A program made the translations under genes and the position numbers. Under the pieces are notes generated by a model. The model saw only the letters and a list, made by a program, of their open reading frames with translations. It was not told the DNA's origin and ran no database searches. From IMG/VR virus record IMGVR_UViG_3300020469_000054, positions 1-58,506 of that record: 58,506 nt of DNA; one strand, 5' to 3'. This document shows positions 54,509-58,506 of this stretch, in pieces. The stretch's first letter is position 1; each line of letters begins with the position of its first letter. Origin of the DNA: a virus. Taxonomy: Duplodnaviria; Caudoviricetes.

Positions 54509-55172
54509 TAGAGAACTCTTCGATATAGGATTTAAGCAATTGTAAATAGTCATCAAGATTATACTTTTGGAATACTTGGATTGAACCATCTTCAACCGCA
54601 ATTAATGTAACGATCTTCTTCACCTCAATACCAGATCTTTCAAGAAACATTGCTGCGTATGCAGTCTCTTGCACATAATAGTGCTCGATGTATTGTTCTT
54701 GCTTCTCTTTAGTTGAAGTTTTAAAATCAATCACTGCTAACTCACCATCAAACTCTGCAATACAGTCTACTCGACCAGCGAGTCCAAGGTAATGTGAGTA
54801 TAAGAAAGTTTCTAAGCAGTGGATGTTATTAATACGATCAAGAGTAGTCTTGGCCGACTGAAACATTCTAACAGATAATGGATTATTTGCCAAGTATCTA
54901 TCAGTATTCAAATCATCTTTGAAATAATCTTCAGCCATGCTATGGAATGCTGTGCCTCTTTGTGTGGCACGTGATGTAATTCTATTAGCTTCCTCTTCAC
55001 CAATTCTCTTTCTCCAACCTGCGAAGAATGCTGCGTTCTTAAACGATGTGATTGAGGTAACGCTCGGATAATATTTATCAGCACCTGGTATGGGGTAAAA
55101 TCTCACCCCATTCTCACTCACTGGCTCAACATCAATCTCTTTAAGAGATACATCAACAAAATTAAATGGCAT
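54495..55172 (-). CDS. PD-(D/E)xK exonuclease (Cas4/RecB-like)
   Basis: YPSVT, RGTAFH, AGRVDC, IDFKTS and Q..AYA. Confidence 0.88.
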   Translation of the reverse strand: MPFNFVDVSLKEIDVEPVSENGVRFYPIPGADKYYPSVTSITSFKNAAFFAGWRKRIGEEEANRITSRATQRGTAFHSMAEDYFKDDLNTDRYLANNPLSVRMFQSAKTTLDRINNIHCLETFLYSHYLGLAGRVDCIAEFDGELAVIDFKTSTKEKQEQYIEHYYVQETAYAAMFLERSGIEVKKIVTLIAVEDGSIQVFQKYNLDDYLQLLKSYIEEFSNAKG

Positions 55173-55936
55173 TAGAAACCTAGATTATATTTGGCAATTA
55201 GATAGGCTTTAACAAGACCTGATCTAACAATGTCATCGATACCCATTTCTACACAAGTAAAGTCTTGCATTGACTGAAGTATCTGTATGAAGTCTGAGAT
55301 ACCAGACTTCTCATGCTCTCTAGTAAGATCTGACTGGGTTACATCACCACATAACATAATCTTAGAGTCTTCTCCTATACGAGTAATCATAGAGTCTAAC
55401 TCATGGAAATTCAAGTTACTGAATTCATCTACAATAACGATAGCGTTATCAAGAGTAACACCACGAATAAAACTTGTAGACCAGAAACTAATTGTTTGCT
55501 GTGCTTTGAGGTTGTCATATAACATTTCAAATGAATTGTCATCAGGCATACTAAACATATACCTTACCATATTTTTATATGGTACTTGATAAAGCATTGA
55601 CTTGTCTTCGTGATCTCCTGGTAGGAAACCAATCTCTCTAGTAGGAACTAAAGATCTTACAATGTATATTTTATCATATGGTGTGGTTTCGTCAAGTACT
55701 TCTTTTAATGCAAGATATAATGTAATAAAAGTCTTACCTGTACCTGCTGCCCCATGCAATAGTATATTTTTACCATTCTTATAAGAGTCATAAACCAATT
55801 CTTGATTTGGTGTCAAGGGTTTGATAGGTACCATATAGGAACTATCAATGGGTTTTTTTCTCTTCATATGTTTTTTAGACATAGGTTGAAGTGGTGCAGT
55901 ACCATTACCATTAGTTTTCTTTCTTGCTCTTGGCAT
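55172..55936 (-). CDS. phoH: PhoH-like ATPase
   Basis: GAAGTGKT, IGFLPG, FIRGVT, VDE and TRIGEDSK. Confidence 0.95.
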   Translation of the reverse strand: MPRARKKTNGNGTAPLQPMSKKHMKRKKPIDSSYMVPIKPLTPNQELVYDSYKNGKNILLHGAAGTGKTFITLYLALKEVLDETTPYDKIYIVRSLVPTREIGFLPGDHEDKSMLYQVPYKNMVRYMFSMPDDNSFEMLYDNLKAQQTISFWSTSFIRGVTLDNAIVIVDEFSNLNFHELDSMITRIGEDSKIMLCGDVTQSDLTREHEKSGISDFIQILQSMQDFTCVEMGIDDIVRSGLVKAYLIAKYNLGF

Positions 55937-56166
55937 TATGTAAACCTACTCAAGTTTGCACGAGGATGTTGTTCTTGAACTTTGGACATCACCTCTTTAA
56001 ATCCATCTTCCATTTTAGGTTTGCCATATGTGACACCACCTACACCAGCAGTCCAGTCTTTATCCCAGTCAGGATTGTCATTTCTCCACTGATCATACTC
56101 TGTCATTGTCATAGAGAGTTCTTTCTTCTCTTGAGTATTCTTATTTATTACAGGATAAGTAGGCAT
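55936..56166 (-). CDS. Small FmdB-like conserved protein
   Basis: MPTYPVIN...NPDW...GFKEVMSKV...HP. Confidence 0.65.
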   Translation of the reverse strand: MPTYPVINKNTQEKKELSMTMTEYDQWRNDNPDWDKDWTAGVGGVTYGKPKMEDGFKEVMSKVQEQHPRANLSRFT

Positions 56167-56888
56167 TAGTCTATTCGTAATGAGGGTGGTAGGTCTGACC
56201 AATCTAAGCATCGGTCTTCAGATTCAACTTGACATTCACATTCTTCTTCTGGACACCAACCAAGTGCATCAGCAATGATAGGAAACTCACAAATGAATTG
56301 TTGTTTACACAACTCAGCAATTTGTGAGTGCTCCTTCTGAGTGCCATGTGAAGAACGTAATTCTATATAGTGCATCCATGATCTAACAGATCCAGTCATA
56401 TAGAGTTTAGTAGGAGTAGCAAGAGGTAGTACAAACCGAGCACACTCTTTTGCTATACCATTAGCAAGGAGCTCGTTGTAAAGATCCATTGAATGAGTAA
56501 AGTGTTCAGCAATCCTTTCTTGAAGATCTTGCTTCTTATTATCTGGTATGTCATCAATACTATTCTGACGATTCTTTGTATCCTGACTACGAAGATCAAT
56601 CATAGGTATCTCTTCTGCTAATAAATTAGTATCAGCATACCTTTGAGAAAACTCTTGGAAAGTAAACGATCTATGACGTAGTATCTGTGCAGCAAGACCA
56701 CGTGTGGTATCAATCTGCAAAGTCATATGTGCTTGCTCAAAGATAGACCAATGACCATGCTTAATACAATACTTTAATAAACCAGCAACCTTTGGGTTGT
56801 CTTGGTTGTTTGGGTTAGATACTCTAGCAACGTATCCAATAGTTTTTTCAGCGTCAGGAGTGACAGAAACTAAACAGACTTTACTCAT
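56166..56888 (-). CDS. thyX: Flavin-dependent thymidylate synthase
   Basis: HWSIFE, QILRHRSFTFQEFSQRY and ECARFVLP. Confidence 0.96.
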   Translation of the reverse strand: MSKVCLVSVTPDAEKTIGYVARVSNPNNQDNPKVAGLLKYCIKHGHWSIFEQAHMTLQIDTTRGLAAQILRHRSFTFQEFSQRYADTNLLAEEIPMIDLRSQDTKNRQNSIDDIPDNKKQDLQERIAEHFTHSMDLYNELLANGIAKECARFVLPLATPTKLYMTGSVRSWMHYIELRSSHGTQKEHSQIAELCKQQFICEFPIIADALGWCPEEECECQVESEDRCLDWSDLPPSLRID

Positions 56889-57184
56889 GATTTAACATTC
56901 TTAAATAAAATAATTGACATCAATAATAATCCCCACGATTTAAAGTAACCTATTAAAGGGAGTCCAAAGATTGCTGGCATTAACCAATTCCATAATAGCA
57001 TAAACCCTACAGGAACTGCAACTAATGCACCAATTATAACACCAACTTTATTAGCAGTAGATCTAGGCTTCGGTGTAACCTCTTCCTCTTCTTCCTCTTC
57101 TGCTCTACGATCTAGGTAGACGGTGGTGCCTTTCTCTTTGGTTTGTTTTCTTTTTTGGAATTTTTTGAAGGGGCTGTTGTCCAT
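56885..57184 (-). CDS. Hypothetical membrane protein
   Basis: LLWNWLMPAIFGLP.I two-helix segment. Confidence 0.65.
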   Translation of the reverse strand: MDNSPFKKFQKRKQTKEKGTTVYLDRRAEEEEEEEVTPKPRSTANKVGVIIGALVAVPVGFMLLWNWLMPAIFGLPLIGYFKSWGLLLMSIILFKNVKS

Positions 57185-57420
57185 AATCTTGGGTTGACCA
57201 TACCGTCAGTTTGTTTGAGTGATTTAAAACCCTTTTTGTATAAGTCATAGTAATAATCAAAGATTCTAACTTGAGAATCTGCTATTACTATATCATATTT
57301 GGGGGTTTCACCATTGTCATCCATGTAATGAACAAGATAAGCAGTATAAGGTAACGACTTATCCTCTGCCATCTTAGGATCACAATTCGCATGAAGAATC
57401 TTCAAGAGCGACCACCCCAT
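57112..57420 (-). CDS. Hypothetical protein
   Basis: LPYTAYLV.Y...FDYYYD.YK...G.VNPRLW. Confidence 0.65.
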   Translation of the reverse strand: MGWSLLKILHANCDPKMAEDKSLPYTAYLVHYMDDNGETPKYDIVIADSQVRIFDYYYDLYKKGFKSLKQTDGMVNPRLWTTAPSKNSKKENKPKRKAPPST

Positions 57421-57866
57421 TCTATCTGAGGAAATGCCTCAGATACCACTGCCTTAGTGATACGCTTATACTTCTTATTCATTTGCCCATCTTTAACTAA
57501 GACAAGAAGCTCTGCTTCTTCAGCAGAGAGTCCTTCTAAGAGTTGTACAAACATAGACTCTCTCCTTAAAGAAGGAAGTTTAGCACCACCCTTAAAGAAT
57601 CTATAAAGTCCTTTAAATTCATGCTCTAATCGTGTGTGATCAGTGCCTACAGGTGCATCATTAGGTGTGTAAGGCACATCACCTTCTGGCATCAAAGATA
57701 CAACAGAATCATCAAAGTTTACAATTAATAACTGCCGTAACCCTGATGAATTGTTTTCTCTAAGTAGTTTAATTTTTTCTGCTTTAGTTTTAGCATTACT
57801 AACCTTTCTAAGAACCTCAGAAATTAATAGTTTGCTACCACTATTATATGTTGCTTGTTTAGCCAT
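57402..57866 (-). CDS. Conserved T4-like hypothetical protein
   Basis: LLISEVL, PEG.VPY and RRESMFVQLLEGL...EA. Confidence 0.75.
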   Translation of the reverse strand: MAKQATYNSGSKLLISEVLRKVSNAKTKAEKIKLLRENNSSGLRQLLIVNFDDSVVSLMPEGDVPYTPNDAPVGTDHTRLEHEFKGLYRFFKGGAKLPSLRRESMFVQLLEGLSAEEAELLVLVKDGQMNKKYKRITKAVVSEAFPQIEWGGRS

Positions 57867-57880
57867 AGTTTAAATCCAAA

Positions 57881-58108
57881 TCATTCAGTGTCATCTTCTA
57901 AATCATCTTCGAGATAAGTTGTGCGAAGATAGATTAAATCATCATGTATGATGTTTCCATTTTCATCCAGCATTTCTGGATGTATAACACCCTTAGCATA
58001 AGCAGCGTTTTCGATGTAATCTTCAACGTATCCTTTTGCTAACCATGATACCGTAATACCAAGTATAAAGGCACCTACTATTCCTAGTACAACGAGTGCG
58101 ATTTCCAT
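57881..58108 (-). CDS. Hypothetical membrane protein
   Basis: N-terminal TM helix; HPEMLDENG. Confidence 0.7.
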   Translation of the reverse strand: MEIALVVLGIVGAFILGITVSWLAKGYVEDYIENAAYAKGVIHPEMLDENGNIIHDDLIYLRTTYLEDDLEDDTE

Positions 58109-58131
58109 AAGTATCTCCCAGCTATTTTTAT

Positions 58132-58368
58132 TTAGATGAGTTTTTGCTCTCTCAAATATTTTACTGTGTCAGTACAACCACCAAGGTTCTTACCATCCAG
58201 TATTACTTGAGGAAATGTTGATCCAGCACCAAACTCTTGATAGAATGTGCGTCTTCCAAAATCCTGATCTAATACTTTCTCAGTAAAAGTATAACCCTTA
58301 GCTGATAGTACTTGCTTAACTTGTGTGCAGTATGGACAACCACCACGTGTATATACAGTAAAGTTCAT
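58132..58368 (-). CDS. nrdC: Glutaredoxin
   Basis: CPYC, TFPQV and LGGC. Confidence 0.92.
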   Translation of the reverse strand: MNFTVYTRGGCPYCTQVKQVLSAKGYTFTEKVLDQDFGRRTFYQEFGAGSTFPQVILDGKNLGGCTDTVKYLREQKLI

Positions 58369-58398
58369 AAGAACATATTATTTTTTAAATTATAGCAT

Positions 58399-58424
58399 AA
58401 AAAAGGAGGGGTCGCAACCCCTCC
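58399..58424 (-). terminator. Intrinsic terminator
   Basis: GGAGGGG-ttgcga-CCCCTCC followed by TTTTTT. Confidence 0.85.
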
Positions 58425-58471
58425 TGTATGTTCCGATTGTAGAGACCGCACGAACGATGTCTCAATCCTAT

Positions 58472-58506
58472 TTAGAATGTGAACTTAGCACCGATTTTAG
58501 CACCCC
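58472..58506 (-). CDS. C-terminus of a truncated gene, possibly an outer-membrane beta-barrel-like protein
   Basis: ...GAKIGAKFTF* ends in an alternating pattern with terminal Phe. Confidence 0.4.
   Translation of the reverse strand, partial: GAKIGAKFTF

Noticed and set aside
54495-55172. Cas4-like nuclease as evidence of CRISPR
   Set aside because: It is a standard exonuclease between phoH and gp33, lacks the four-Cys cluster pattern, and no array is present.
58425-58468. Glutamine riboswitch (glnA/Downstream-peptide) suggested by CGTTC...GGAAC
   Set aside because: The rest of the architecture does not match what I know of those motifs, and a terminator rather than an ORF follows. Kept only as an unnamed candidate RNA.

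Overview
This window is a ~58.5-kb, AT-rich segment of a T4-like cyanomyovirus. The low GC and the ho1, cpeT, CP12-like and phoH genes point to a marine picocyanobacterial host, probably Prochlorococcus (inference). Almost all genes are on the minus strand. Layout: baseplate wedge and spike genes (gp7-like, truncated; gp6; gp25; PAAR; 1-8.6 kb); an early, hypervariable region of many small ORFs with an SF2 helicase, two amino-DNA methyltransferases, a putative endonuclease, a DGQHR/ParB-like protein and 2OG-Fe(II) oxygenases (9-24 kb); virion and fibre genes (24-33.6 kb); an auxiliary block with heme oxygenase, oxygenases and a flavin-dependent halogenase; the tail hub module (gp5, gp27-like, two paralogous tape-measure-like genes, gp26/gp51, gp54-like, gp4, gp48, gp53); and core replication/metabolism genes (gp32, gp33, exonuclease, phoH, thyX, glutaredoxin). 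The most notable signals are: (1) a probable programmed -1 frameshift (T TTT TTC) fusing gp26 to gp51 just upstream of the tape-measure-like genes; (2) eight copies of a 22-bp palindrome lying 29-30 nt upstream of -10 boxes and on or beside gene ends; (3) two candidate structured RNAs; (4) a capsid-targeted internal-protein polyprotein; (5) a putative restriction-modification pair. All product calls come from motif recognition and gene order; no database searches were run.
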